Below, in pieces: positions 37,956-50,264 of a stretch of DNA of 64,000 bases. Position 1 is the stretch's first letter. Each line of letters opens with the position of its first letter. The notes beneath the pieces were generated by a model, which ran no database searches, was not told where the DNA came from, and worked only from the letters and a program-made list of their open reading frames with translations. Source of the DNA: Minutocellus sp. GHC0000111 (Eukaryota); NCBI GenBank assembly GCA_977018835.1, contig OZ361256.1, positions 5,828,001 to 5,892,000 on the forward strand, given 5' to 3'. A program made the position numbers and the translations under genes.

Positions 37956-40347
37956 ATGACATCGTCGTCGTCGTCCGGAGTGACGGCCGTGCGGCTCACG
38001 CCCCAGCAGCGCCGTCGGCATCATCATCAGCGCCATCAGCAGCAGCAGCAAGAGCAGCAGACAGGTGCTGCCTCCGCCGCCGGTAGCGGTATCTGCGCTA
38101 ACAGCAGCAGCAGAAGAAGGAGGAAGTTGCTCCCCTCCGTCGCCTTGGCCGTGTCCGGTGCCCTACTTATGCTTTCCTCGAACGGCAACAACAACATCAA
38201 CGGCAGCAGCAATCTCCGCCCACCGTCGTCGTCCAGAAAGCTCTCGGCGACCTCCCCCGGCAACAGTAAAACGCCGCCCCGAAAACTGGTTAACGGAGGA
38301 GAATGAGAAACCATCATTGGCACCGCCGCCGCAGCCGCCAAGAAGCAACAAACCCCTGTTCACCCCCGGCCGGCGGATCCTCAACGAAAAGATCTCACCC
38401 GGCATCTAGGAAACGGTCCACCAGCTCGCCCAACCCTTCTTGGACGACGAATCCAACCTCTTTGCCTTCGATGGCAACGATCCTCGTCCGGTCATGAATA
38501 CGTTCTTCGCCATACCGAAGGGACAGCATGTCAAGAAGGTCGATGCCGAGACGCTGGCGGTCTGGAAGCGGGCCTGGTCCAGTGCCGGGTGGAATCCGGT
38601 AAGTATTGTTTGCCGTTTATATTCTTGGAACACGTACTCGCACTTGCGTGTGCATTGTAAGCTATTCGTTTGGTGCTTTTTGTATAATTATATAATATCT
38701 CACACAGTAATCTCCTGCCTACCCTACCCTCCCATCCCTCTCCCACCAACAGCGCATCCTCAACATTGGCCACGCCGAGGCCCATCCCGATTACGCCGAC
38801 ATCGTGGCCAAGCTCAACCGCGACGTCCCCCTCGGCGAGGCCGTCTTCTACGACCGATCCTGCTACCTCCGCCACTTTGCCATGGCCGCCCTGGGCGGGG
38901 GGTGGATGACGGACTACGACACCATACCCCTCAACATTGACCCCGAGGTGTACGGCCGGGACTTTCCCAACGAGGGGCAGTTCACCACCTACGAGTCACA
39001 CGTCCCCTCCCTCCTCGTGGGCAGCGGAGAGGAGTGGGACCGCATGTCCAAGGCCCTGCTGCGGGAGGGGATCGACGCCGGCGCCAACGAGGACGTCGGC
39101 TTCGTCCGGGAGGGCAAGCCCCGTCTGTTCTCCGACATGTACGCCCTCGAGGCCCTGGTACGGAAGGACGAGGTCATCGTCCACGAACCCCACTCCGTCT
39201 TCCAGGCGCACGATGCCGACCGGACCATGGCTACCGAGATCATGGGCTGGGACCTCGACGTCATGGCCGAATTCTCCGCGGCACGTCGTTGCAGCAGCAC
39301 TGCGAGGAGACCAAGTACATTATGGCCCTGCACTTCTCGCACTCGGCGACGTCGTCCTTCGGGTACTTGCCCGACGACCGTCCGATCCTCATCGCCGCCT
39401 TCCTAGACCGATGGTCCAAGCTGTGCGGCGGTCCTGCGTTCCACTTTGACGACAATGCCGACACCGACGCTGGTGACGAGGAGGTACCTTCCAGCGTTGT
39501 ATCTGATGCACTCTACGACACTGACGGCACCATGGCCATTAGCAGGGAGAACAAGCTTTTGTACGTGCACATCCCCAAGACAGGTGGTTCGTCATTCGAA
39601 ACCTCTGCAATCTTCAGTGATGCCCGTGCTCACCATGAAATCGGTGGACATCGTCCGATCGACTACATGGCGCAGGATGCCGAGGAAAGACAGCTTACCG
39701 ACTTTGTCAAGGCGGCACATATTCGCCACCCTTGTGACCGGTTCGTTAGTGCCTTTGCCCATCTCACATCCGACAAGTGCAACTCCGGCGATCAGGAGTG
39801 GGCTAAAGAGTACATCAAGGGTATGTCCATCGACGAATTTGTCTTGGAACTTGAGAAGAATCCTAAACTTCTTCAGAAGAACCACTTCACTCCTATGTGG
39901 CGTTATGTCTTTATGCCTGAGGGTACCTTCGGAATCGACGTCGCCATGTGCCAGGAAACCTGGGACGAAAGTCTGGACAGGCTCGCCAATGGCTTCGACG
40001 TTTCTGTTCCCAACGAATTGCACAGCTCTCACAAACTGAAAAATCAGCACTCCAAGTGCGAGGATCTTCAACCAGCGACCAAGGCTGCTATCGAACGCAT
40101 CTACCAAATAGATTATTGCATCTTTGGATATGACTCCCTCCCTCAGCCGATTTGTCCTCATCTCGATGTTGCTCCCGAGGAATTTACTGAACGGTACGGT
40201 ATTTGCACAACTCCCAAGCTGGAAGGTGAGTCGGACGCTGCGGCGTCGACGTCCCGGCGCCGGAACCTTGCTCGATTTAAGCAGCACCAGCTGTACCTCG
40301 ATTTGACGCCAACAGAGAGTATGTCTTTGAGCGAGCAAACCATCTAG
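37956..40347 (+). CDS. Type II membrane glycosyltransferase-like (DXD) + Sulfotransfer_2 fusion, copy A; intron 38599-38752; lesions near 38280, 38407 (TAG) and 39280
   Basis: N-terminal TM LLPSVALAVSGALLML; GGGWMTDYDT; YVHIPKTGGSS (5'-PSB); IRHPCDRFVSAF (3'-PB); IYQIDYCIFGY. Confidence 0.8.
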
Positions 40348-40485
40348 CTACAGGAAGCAGAGCTAAATCCATGGATTCAATAGGAGTGCAATGGAGGGGG
40401 TAGAATTTCTATATTATATAAAGATAACGTACAATAGATTTATACACATGCAATAAGCTGAGACTACAGGACCTACAGCGCCAGT

Positions 40486-40504
40486 ATATATATATATATA
40501 TATA
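40486..40504. repeat. (TA)n microsatellite
   Basis: Directly visible. Confidence 0.9.
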
Positions 40505-40563
40505 CTCTAATATATGCTATATGGAGCTCAACTCTAGATATCCATTTTGATAGGAATTCCACC

Positions 40564-43495
40564 TCAAGGTGATCCACGCTTCTCCGAGTCATTGCGCTGT
40601 CTCATCGTCAGAGCTGCTGGCTGAGCTGCATCAGCAGTACCCTCAAGGTAGCTTTCACACTCGGTAGCAATTAAAGATGTGTCCGGGAGCTTATCTACCT
40701 CCGCCTTGATCGCCAGTATCACATCGGCCTTTTCACATTTGCCCGCCTTCATGCGTTCCAAGCTGTCCGTCATGTTCTTGGCCTCCAAGATGATGGTCGT
40801 TACGCTCAAGACGCCACACGCAGCCGATGCCGCCGAGGCTGCCTTCATTGCATTGGTCGTTGCTCGACAAATGGCCCTACGCGTGGCGTCCGACTTGAGA
40901 CTTGTGGACGATGACTTGGCATCTGATGATTTTTTCTTTTCGTCATTTTCTGATGCACCAGTTGACTTATTGGCATCGCTGCCACCTGTGGACGAAGCTA
41001 CGACATTTTCGGTACTGTTCTCAGCAGACTTGGCCATTTCTACATCATTGTCTGTATCTGAATTGCCAGTCGCTTCGGAGTCACTATTGTGGAAGCTGGA
41101 CTCTAGAGAAGACTCTGTTTCCATGCGGGAATCGTCCTTTTCCACGTCAAGGGCTCCTGCTTCGTCGAGAGAAAGCTGGCTAGTCGCGCCCGCGAGCTGC
41201 GTGTTGGTATCGTCATCAAGGTCGTCTGTTTGGACAGTGGTGACAGATTCATCCTCAGCTTCTTCTTCCACGACAGTTGTGATGCTGCTATCGCGCGCCG
41301 CATCACCATTCGCCTCTGATGGCGGCTTCTTCTCATCACCATCTCCTGCAGCCGCTGCCAGCGCCTTCTGTTTTTCTTCCTTCTTTCGCAGTTTCTTATC
41401 TACATAATGATCGAGATTGATCCGACCATTGATCAATGCATCCTTGAGCACGACCGTCACCTGCAGGAGAGTTGATCAGCTCGTGCAGGGCCATGAGGCG
41501 ATTGGCCATCTGATTTGGCTCGCTGTAGTAACTCACTGCCTCACTGCTGGTCGAAGCGGCGGCGGCGGTACCCCCAAAGATGAGCGAAGCGATGAACAGC
41601 GGCGGCCCGGCGGGCGACAAAATCGCAGCTCCAGCGGCCGCAGCCGCGGAAATGTGCACAGCTGCGGCCGCGGCGCCGGTGATGCCCGACATGAGGCCGA
41701 TGCCACTCGATCCGAGCGCCACGGTATTGTCTCTGGAGGTATTCTCCCGCAAGGCCTTGGCAATGTCGTCAATGTATTGACACGAATACTTGATGATGAG
41801 AGTGGCACGGTCGTAGGAGTCAATCACCTTGTCGATGCAGGCTCTTCTGTGATTCTTGTCCTCGTTGAACACGATATCGAAAATAAAATCAACTCCAAAC
41901 AGAGGAGCGCAGTCGGAGCAGATGGTCACCTTGTCCTTGGCAAAGTTGGGACACTGATGATTGGCACAGACCGGGGAGGCGCAGACCAGGCAGGGAACCG
42001 CCGCCCGGCGGCGGGCGAAGTTGTGCTTCCACGTCCGACGAGCCCGTCCCTCGGCCTCCCGCCGCTCCTCCTTGGCCCACTGCGCCCGCAGGCACTGGGT
42101 GCAGATCCGATGATCGACCTTGCCCGCCATCGAGGCCAGATCGAGCTCCAAATTGGCCTTCCGCATGGCCTCGAGGGCCATGAAGGCATCGTTGAGGGCC
42201 ATGGACTGCGAGGCGATGATGCTCTCCTGGCTGTGAAAGGAGGAGGCGGCATGGATGTCGTCGTGGTGGTGGTCATCGTCGTCGTGGTGGTCATTGTCGT
42301 TGGTACCATTGCGACCGGAAAGTTGGATGGGACTGTCTCCGTCGAAGGAAGCATCGACAATGGCATCATCTCCTAGGCCTACCTTCTCCCCATCACCACC
42401 TTCACCCTCATCATTACCAGCAGTAGTAGTATCGGACTGCTCGGTCACCTGGGGCACCACCAGCTTATCAATACTGGCACCACCCCCCTTGAGCTCGTCC
42501 GGAAGCAGCACGTCGGGGATCTGGTGCATCCTCGGTCTCAATTCGGCCAAATATTCCCTCCACTGCTCGATGCACTCCTCCTCCGTGGGCTTGTGTTCTA
42601 CTCCGGCATTGGCAGCATAGCTAGGGCTTGAGCTGGAGCTGGCCCTGTCGTCATTGTCATTACCAGTAGTACCAGCTTCCGCGACGTTTGTCACCCGTCC
42701 AAAGGGCGCATCGGCCCAAGGTCGGTATCTCACCAAGGCAAATCGGCAGTACTGGCCGTAATCTTTTCCTCCCTCCCAGTTGGGATCGGAGCTGTACTCC
42801 GGATGGAACCGCAGCGTCGGCGCCGTGATGACGCCCCTGCCGTGGTAGCGGATCTTGCCCTCCGATCGCCCGGCGGTGCCGACGGTGTACCTGCGGCAGA
42901 ATTCCACCAGGCACATGTCCGGCAGGTGCGGCGAATTGGCCCCGTGCAGGGCGGGGCTGGACCAGTACCGGACGTCGAGGCGGTGGGAGTAGGCGTCGTA
43001 CATGTCGGGACGGCGGCCGCCGTTGAAATCGAATTTGTTGTCGCTGCTGCTGCTGCGTTTGGTTTCGGTGTTGGTGCTGGTGCTCGTGCTAGCTGGACGG
43101 TTGTTTGAATCGGAAATTGCCGCCTTGTCGGTGCATCTATCATCGTCGTCGTTGTCTGTTATCATTGGGGAAACGGTTTCGTCTTTGCTGGCCGTGGAAG
43201 ATGGCCCATTGGTCTCCTCTTCTTCTGGCACATCTTGTGCCATGTCATTCCCATCGCTATTATTGTGCTCGGCGGTGCCTCCCTCGTCTTGGCCGCTGCT
43301 AGCCGCACTGCCATTCGAGGTAGCATCGTCATGCGTTGACGATGGCACCAACAATAATTGTTCTTCCTTATTACTGTCGTCATTGTGGTCGCATGCTGCT
43401 GTCAACGAAGATTCGGAGCAGCAAGAGGTTGCCGACGCCGGACGCCGATGGTCGGCGGCGGCAGATGCAGACGACGGTGAGTCTTCCGCCATGGC
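40564..43495 (-). CDS. Chimeric protein: Helitron-linker-like segment + Cys-rich zinc finger + apolipoprotein-L-like hydrophobic helices; 2-nt frameshift near 41468
   Basis: CTQC..CLVCASPVCANH.C..CSDC; ALGSSGIGLMSGITG..ILSPAGPPLFIASLIFGG. Restoring CT in AACTCTCC joins LINSLLQVTVVLKDAL. Confidence 0.6.
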
Positions 43496-44007
43496 CATCA
43501 CCGCCCTGACTCTCGCTTTGGCTTGGCTGGGGTCGAGGGTCGTTTCGTTGCTTCAAGAGGCGGCGAGGCGGCGAGATGGGTTGGCGTGACGTGACGGAGT
43601 TGCGGTCGTGTTGTTCTTGGCTTGTTTGCTCGGTTCGGCGGTGCGCGAAAAATAATAATAGGGAGCATACCATGGTACCTAGGCCTAGGTACCTTTCGAG
43701 TTCAGAGGATTTGAAAGTGACGTGATGATGACATATTAGAAACACGACCACACCAGACCAAAAATCCAAGCTCACTTTTTCTAACTCCGAGGAATAAATG
43801 ACGGCCAAGATGGAAGTCGGGGCAAGAACCAAGTTATGGTCACCAACTTCTACATATAGTCGAGAGATATTGTGCACCAGAACCAATAAATGTACATTAT
43901 GTGATGATTTTTTTCGACATTTGCATTCCTCACCCCGGGAAAAAATACATTTTTTTGGAAGCACCAAATCAAAATGTAATGAATAGAAATGGACATGCTA
44001 TGATAAG

Positions 44008-46856
44008 TTATAGCAAATCAATGACTCCATCGTCTTCATCATTTTCATCTATGTCGTCCTCAATGTCATCATCTTCGCCGGGAGCATCAATTGGCCAGAG
44101 TGGTTCACCATCCTCTTCAGCTTCTTCCTCGGCAATTTTTGCGAGACCAGCCTTCCCCCGTCTGGTCTCCACAAGATTGTTACCGCCACGACTTCTCTTG
44201 ATGTTGTTATATATCACTGGAAGTTTTCCAAATACATTGAGAAAGGCCTCTTTTGATGCGACATTGGCCCATACTTTCATCACAGTCTTGTCAAGAGCAT
44301 TCGCATCATTCTTCTGACCGCGATGCTCCTTTTCGACGGCCGACTGCAAAGACATCCAGATGCCGAGATCAAGAACATTTGTCTCGGGCGACCGAGGAAC
44401 CTGCTGGATTATCTCAATCTTATATTTGTTTTTGAGGTCCTCGGTGTACTTCTCAACTGCTTCATTGGACCCATGACCGCCGGCATTGTCCATCATAAGA
44501 TACATAACATCAGACTCCTGAATAATTTGTGGATCCCACTTCACCCAATGATGTGCGTCTCGAATCGCCTTCCCGACCTCATTCATAGTCTCCAACATCC
44601 ATTTGGAGTCGCAGCTACAGTCCTTGGTAACCTTATCGCCCCGTTGATACCGCACCCCGAGCTCAAGGTCGTCGATCTCAACCTTCACCTTCTCTCCATT
44701 GCTATCAGGAGTGTGTCGCTTGAGACTCGAGATCTTTTGATTGTAGCCAACAGCGGCATGCTTGCGACTTTTTGCCTGACCGTCGGATTTATAGTCCTCG
44801 TATTGAAGTTCCAATCGCTCTGCAACAAACTCAGAAAGGCCGTAGATTTCGGCAATGTGGTCGCAAAGATGGCCGGCGGTCATGTCAGCATTCTCGTCGT
44901 AAATGTCGCGCCAATCTTTGTCATTTTTTAGCGCATCGTTGACCTTAGCATCTGGAGAGAAATTCTGATTACGCGTAAGCTTTTCCACCTTCTGCTCCCT
45001 GGCGACTCTCTTGATCATGATGCGCCCATTGAAATCAACGTCTTTGGTTTCATCCTTCATTGGTCGGCCAAAAACTCCAAGATACATAACTTTGACAGGG
45101 TGTCTTCTGGATCGAATTTTCGGGCTTGCCTCGGAAGCATGGATAGACGCGAGGTTCGGACTACTTAGTTCTTCGTCAGAAAGTGGCAACATCTTGATCT
45201 TTCGTCGCCGAGTAGTAGTGTAAAACCACTTTTCATCAAGACACGCTACAGGAATGTTGGGATCGGTCGTAATGTCCTCCCACTTTTCGATCCAATCAAG
45301 TCGCTTCCTACAATGTTCGGGGGTGAGCCTCGGCTTCTCGATCGACGACTTCTCCTCACCGCCTTGCTTTTTCACCAGCGAAAAAGCTGAAGACGATGGA
45401 GACAAATTGTCAGCCTATCTTCATCTGGAGTAGCTGATTTTGCGCTCACACAGTCAGCTAGCTCCTTAAAGGTTGCCATCGCACCCTTCATCCGAGCAGC
45501 ATGCCGACACAGCTCGCGGAGACATCCTGGCTCCTTCTCCTCGATCATGTCCGTGCATGCCTTCCTTCCACGAACCTCCTTTCTGCCGATGGGATTGCTG
45601 ATGCCATCAGTAAGGCTTTTGTAGAGCTGGTCTCTCCACTTGTAAAGCTGAGAACCACCGGTTGACTTGGCATAACCGTGATCGCACGCAACTTGCCGAC
45701 ACGCGGCAGTTGCAATTTGTTGCCGGTCTTCACACGTGCGAGTTGGGTCGCCGTATCCCCACCAATCCGCGAGAGCCACGGCGCTGAACCGCATTCTTTC
45801 ATTCGCCTGCTTTTCTTTTCTGATTGGTGTTGGTTCGGTGACGGTTGCATTGGGACGAGGAGGACGGAGCATGTCATCGTCGTTGGCCATCCGAACAACA
45901 AAGTCGAGGCCGAGAGCGACCTTTACCTGTTCATCAATGTCACTGGAGGTGGCACAGACAACGGAAGTATCGGCTCCTCCTAAACCTTCATCATTGGGGG
46001 AGGCTGCAGCTGCTTCACAGTGGCGGAAGTATCACCAGTTCCCTTCAGTATGCTGAGGAGACTTGCTGGCATCCAACCCAGTTTCTTGGCCTCGTCGACT
46101 AGTGATTTTACTCTTGCTTCGCAATGCGCTGACTGACTGCACCTCCTTTCTGTGAGCTGACAACCTCTCACCTAGCTTAGTAGCTAAGACAGTCGAGGAG
46201 CGCCCAGAGAACAGAACTTCATCGGGATTTCTTTTCTCGTGCACCTTCTGTCCCTCCGGTCCAGAGAATTTCGGGTGGTTGTCCTCCTTCTTTTTACGCA
46301 ACCTGTGAGCACAAACACAAAGCGCCCTGCGTCTTGTCTTCCCTCTCGGCCGACACGTCGACAAGTGCAACTTCAAACTACAATGCTCCTTGAGATGTTG
46401 CTGCATATCCTTCCATTTTTCCTCGTTGTACTGTAGCTCATGCTTTCCTCCACCGACGGACTTGGAACGCAACAAGTCGGCCTCGATGAAAGCAGGGAGG
46501 ACGTCTTCCCATTTCTGCCGAGAACCAACACAAATGTCATCTTTGCCGCAGGAATCGGGGGTTACTCTCCACCACAGATCCTTATCAGCCCTTCGAATGA
46601 CATCTGCTGCAAGGAGAAAGGCCATGGGGATAGGAGGAGGGGCCGTCCTCTTCTTCGCCGACGACGGTGACGGTTTGGCGGGCGAATTTGACCGTGGCCG
46701 CTTCTTCGACGTGTTTGCGCTCGGCGATGGTGTTTTCGGCTCAGCTGCCGCCTTTGCCGCCTTCCTGGGTGCCTTGGTGTTGCCTCTCTTGCTCCCTGAG
46801 AACGAAGTTCTGCTGCGTTTGTATTTTTTGGGCGTGGTCTGGTTGGTCGTCGTCAT
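44008..46856 (-). pseudogene. DD39D transposase, about 950 codons, broken in the 5' half
   Basis: LDEKWFY, KVMYLG, MDNAGGHG and PRSPETNVLDLGIW, with 39 residues counted between the last two Asp. Upstream fragments 45372-45890, 45980-46171 and 46032-46910 overlap in different frames. Confidence 0.88.
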
Positions 46857-46926
46857 CGTCACAAAATTTGCGGGTTGCGGTGAGAGGGTGTGCGGGGGAC
46901 CAAAAAACACATGTGTTCCTGCCAGA

Positions 46927-46999
46927 ATCTACTGGACCTGCGAATTCAGTGGATACTACTGGTCGGTGGCAACCTACTGAATGAGCAGGTCCAGTAGAT
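46927..46999. repeat. 24-bp inverted repeat (22/24) with a 25-nt spacer upstream of the transposase
   Basis: ATCTACTGGACCTGCGAATTCAGT (46927-46950) versus ACTGAATGAGCAGGTCCAGTAGAT (46976-46999). Confidence 0.9.
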
Positions 47000-47303
47000 A
47001 TCCACGAGTTGAGGAGTATTTGCGTTCCTCCCGAAGAGAATATCGACTAACAAAACACGTGGTGGGAAATGAGAAATGGGTGCAATAATGACCTTTTTTG
47101 GGGTTATTGGTATACCCTCTACAAATCCTCTGAAACCGAAAGGTACGGGATTTTGCGAACCTTTTCGGTACTCCCCTATATTTCACGAAGGAGGCAGCCG
47201 GCAGCCATCCATGATCAAGAAGAGAGAGGTTAGGTTTGCATTCTACTAGCTACGTAGATAGTAGATCTAAGATGACTCGCTCTGGGGTTAGCAAATTTGC
47301 ATT

Positions 47304-49605
47304 CTAAAAGCGCTCTTGCTCCTTGCTACAGGTACGTGTTGAGTGTCTGCCACCACCGGAAATTTGCTCTTCTTCTTCCAGCGGGAGCTGCTGCTGCTGC
47401 TGGGCTTTTGCTAGCCTCTTCAGCTCTTTCACTCGATGCCAGTCCTCAACCTTGAAGCGCGATCTTCTAATATCTATGGGCGTGGGCAGGTCTCCAGATC
47501 TTGTAATGTTGCGACTCAATGACTTGGGCATCGGCCAATCACCGAAGACTTCCTTCGTCATCCTCTCGCTCTCTTCTGCCGTCCAACCCTCGGCCCAAAT
47601 CGGACCGTTCGAGAGTGCATTCAAAAAGTTTTTGCTCACGTATCCATCCTCGCAACATGCCTTGGTCACGTGTCGAATCAACTTCAATCGTCCGGCATCG
47701 TCGGCCGGAGACGACAGAGCCTTGAGCCCGATTTGCATGATCCAGGCGTACGAATTTGGTTCCATTGCGTGACGGGAGGATCTAAACTCAGCGAACGCCT
47801 CCAAGGCTGTCTTCAGTACCCGTTTGCTCACCCTAGTGGTCTTTACGCCCATGGCAGCTTCTTTGGCCGTTTTGACAATTCCAGCGTATAACTCGGGACT
47901 GGTCGATGCGTGACGCATTCCCTTATCTTCTCTGTCCAGCAGCACATCAAGCCAATGAAGTGCCTTTTCGCATCCATATCCCATGTCTTCCATCGGAAAA
48001 TGCTCTTCGTGCCGGAGCCAACCACGAATGACAAATGTAAATGCTGCTGTGTTGGCAACCAAAGTGTTGTCTTTATCGGTAGAATTCGTCTTTTCGTGAT
48101 CGAGAAGCTCCAACAGCAAACCCTCTAGCTTGGTGGCATTTGACTGTAGGAAGTAGGCCTCCATTACGGCGAGGTATGCTCCAACGTTTGGGCGAACCTT
48201 CTCGTTGCCCGTCTCATCATACTCGGTCCACATATTCCGTAGCCACCATTCGGCCCGTTCGCCAGAATTGGACCTTCTAGCCTTGCCCCACGCACGCATT
48301 ACCTGGATGTAGGATCTCTGATCTGGCTGAAGGTGCAGCAAGCCTTCATCTCGAAATGCCATCATTTTGCGAAGTATACCTTCGGCGGCTAGAGGTGCCT
48401 TGGGGGTTAACTCGTTCGCGGTCCGGACATATGCACCGATGTACGTGTTGTAAGCGTCAGTTGTAGGAGAGACATTGACATCGCCAGCATCGGCGAGGTT
48501 GTGCATATATTCTAGAATCGATGCGGCCTTCTCGAGATCTTCCGCGCCTGCGCAGTCTGCAGTGGTATCGGTCGAAGTTATATTGTTGTCGTCCGAATCG
48601 CCGCGTTTTTGCCGGTTGTGTTTCTTCTGCTGTGCTCGAAGTGCACGTTGAGACTTTAGGCCAGCCACTGTGCTATGTGCGTCTATGGCCATGCAATATG
48701 ATATCGTATTGGCCTTGACCACACCATCATCTCCAGTCCTTTGATAGAGCTCCATGAGACGCAAAACGTCCATAACTTTCTCTGCAATTCTCATGTCCTG
48801 TCGACATCGAGTCCAGGCTCGGATGACGTAATTGAAAGATTCGGTATTGGGACGAATGGTGCACTCCTCCTCTTCCTGCCCGCTTTCTTCTTGTAAAGAC
48901 ATCAACTCTTTGAGTACTTCTTCTGCCTTCATCGCATTGTTCCAAAGTATATCATTGCGCTTTTCCGTGTCCTTTAGAGCATGCATCGAGAAAACGATTG
49001 TATGAATCTGTATTCGGGCGTAGGGTGCCATCGCTGTCTCGTCGCAGCTTGTTCAGCCACCTCTCCGCTCGGACAATCGAAACATCTTCCTGGCTACCGG
49101 CCCAAGCACCAATGACTGCGTTGTAATGCTCTACACGCGGTTGCAGTCTCTCATCTTCGCCGCTCTCCTCAAAGTGTCGCTCGAGTCGGATCAGAAGGTC
49201 CTCAGCTCTGCGCGCGGCCGCCTTGTGGCGAGACTTCGCCCATCCTTCAAGAGCAACCAGATATGCTTCGGCGTCGACATCGCTTCTGATTAGGTCCGAC
49301 GACGCCAATAAGTTGTCAAGCCACTTTTCTTTGTCCTCGGGCAAAGCATCAGCCATGAAAGTAGGAGCATGCCATTTTTTTCGAGTCGAATGCTCGCGGC
49401 CATTAGGGGTGCCGCCAAGGATCGATATGCGCCGCTTATGCATTCTAATGCCATCCTCGGGCCGAGATGAGATTCCTTGCGAGGCTGACAATGTTTCCCA
49501 CCCCTGCTGACTCAGAAGTAGCGAGGAGGTTTGCCTCGTCGACGCGTTCTTTACGGAGGAAAACACCAGACGGCGCACTGACCTCACAATCTCGAACCTC
49601 CTCAT
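47304..49605 (-). CDS. Pentatricopeptide repeat (PPR) protein, probably mitochondrial; 1-nt frameshift near 48962
   Basis: PRVEHYNAVIGAWA, PNTDSYNRFLDACSK, PNTESFNYVIRAW, PTTDAYNTYIGAY, PDQRSYIQVMRAW; Arg/Ser-rich N-terminus. An extra A in GGAAAAGCG splits the two ORFs. Confidence 0.85.
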
Positions 49606-50264
49606 CACGCATCTATGAGCCACTACCAGTGTGTTCTATCCTGCCTACCCAGGAGCAACAGTTATGCAACTTTTTCTTTTTGATCAGCCAGTCGTGTTCT
49701 ACTGTAGTGTTGGTGTGTGACGGACAGACCACCTCATTCATTTATTTCCATTCCTATCTTGGCACGCAGCAAGCAGCATTTATTTGCTGTCGTCCTGTCT
49801 TCAAGATGGCGGTGACGGCAGTGCCTACGGCATCCGCTTCACGCAAGGGATAAGCGTGGTATCTCCAGAACGGGTTGGTCCTTGACCTTGGACCGACTCG
49901 GAGATATCGATTTCATCATCTTCCCATGCCAGCGTCTGGCCGATTCACCCCATCCATCGCCCCTCCCGACTTCTGCCAGTTTTTCCGATGACAACCGGTC
50001 ACCTCCTCCACCTCCCGACCCCACCACCACCTCCCAAATGCATTGATTCAAGTAGCCATGTGGTTTGAGCTCCGATATCGGTCTCCATGGTCCCCATAAT
50101 GGCGCATCTCATGCGGTCCGGGTGACCCCGCGCCAAAATCGAGCGGGCCAAAAAAATCATCACCCGCCCGCCACTCAATGAAACCTTCCTCATTTCCAAC
50201 CCACCCGACATACAAACTGTTGCTCTACTGCCACAAAATACTGCATCCAACACCATCCATATTA

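Larger units (their letters stand above)
43692..47143 (-). mobile_element. IS630-Tc1-mariner DNA transposon, DD39D type, with 22-bp TIRs and TA flanks
   Basis: Left TA|CCTTTCGAGTTCAGAGGATTTG (43692-43713) and right CAAATCCTCTGAAACCGAAAGG|TA (47122-47143) match 20/22 as an inverted repeat and enclose the transposase. Confidence 0.85.

Noticed and set aside
49870..49902. Candidate left TIR of the second transposon
   Set aside because: Only loose, gapped similarity to the reverse complement of 54424-54450, and no TA boundary.
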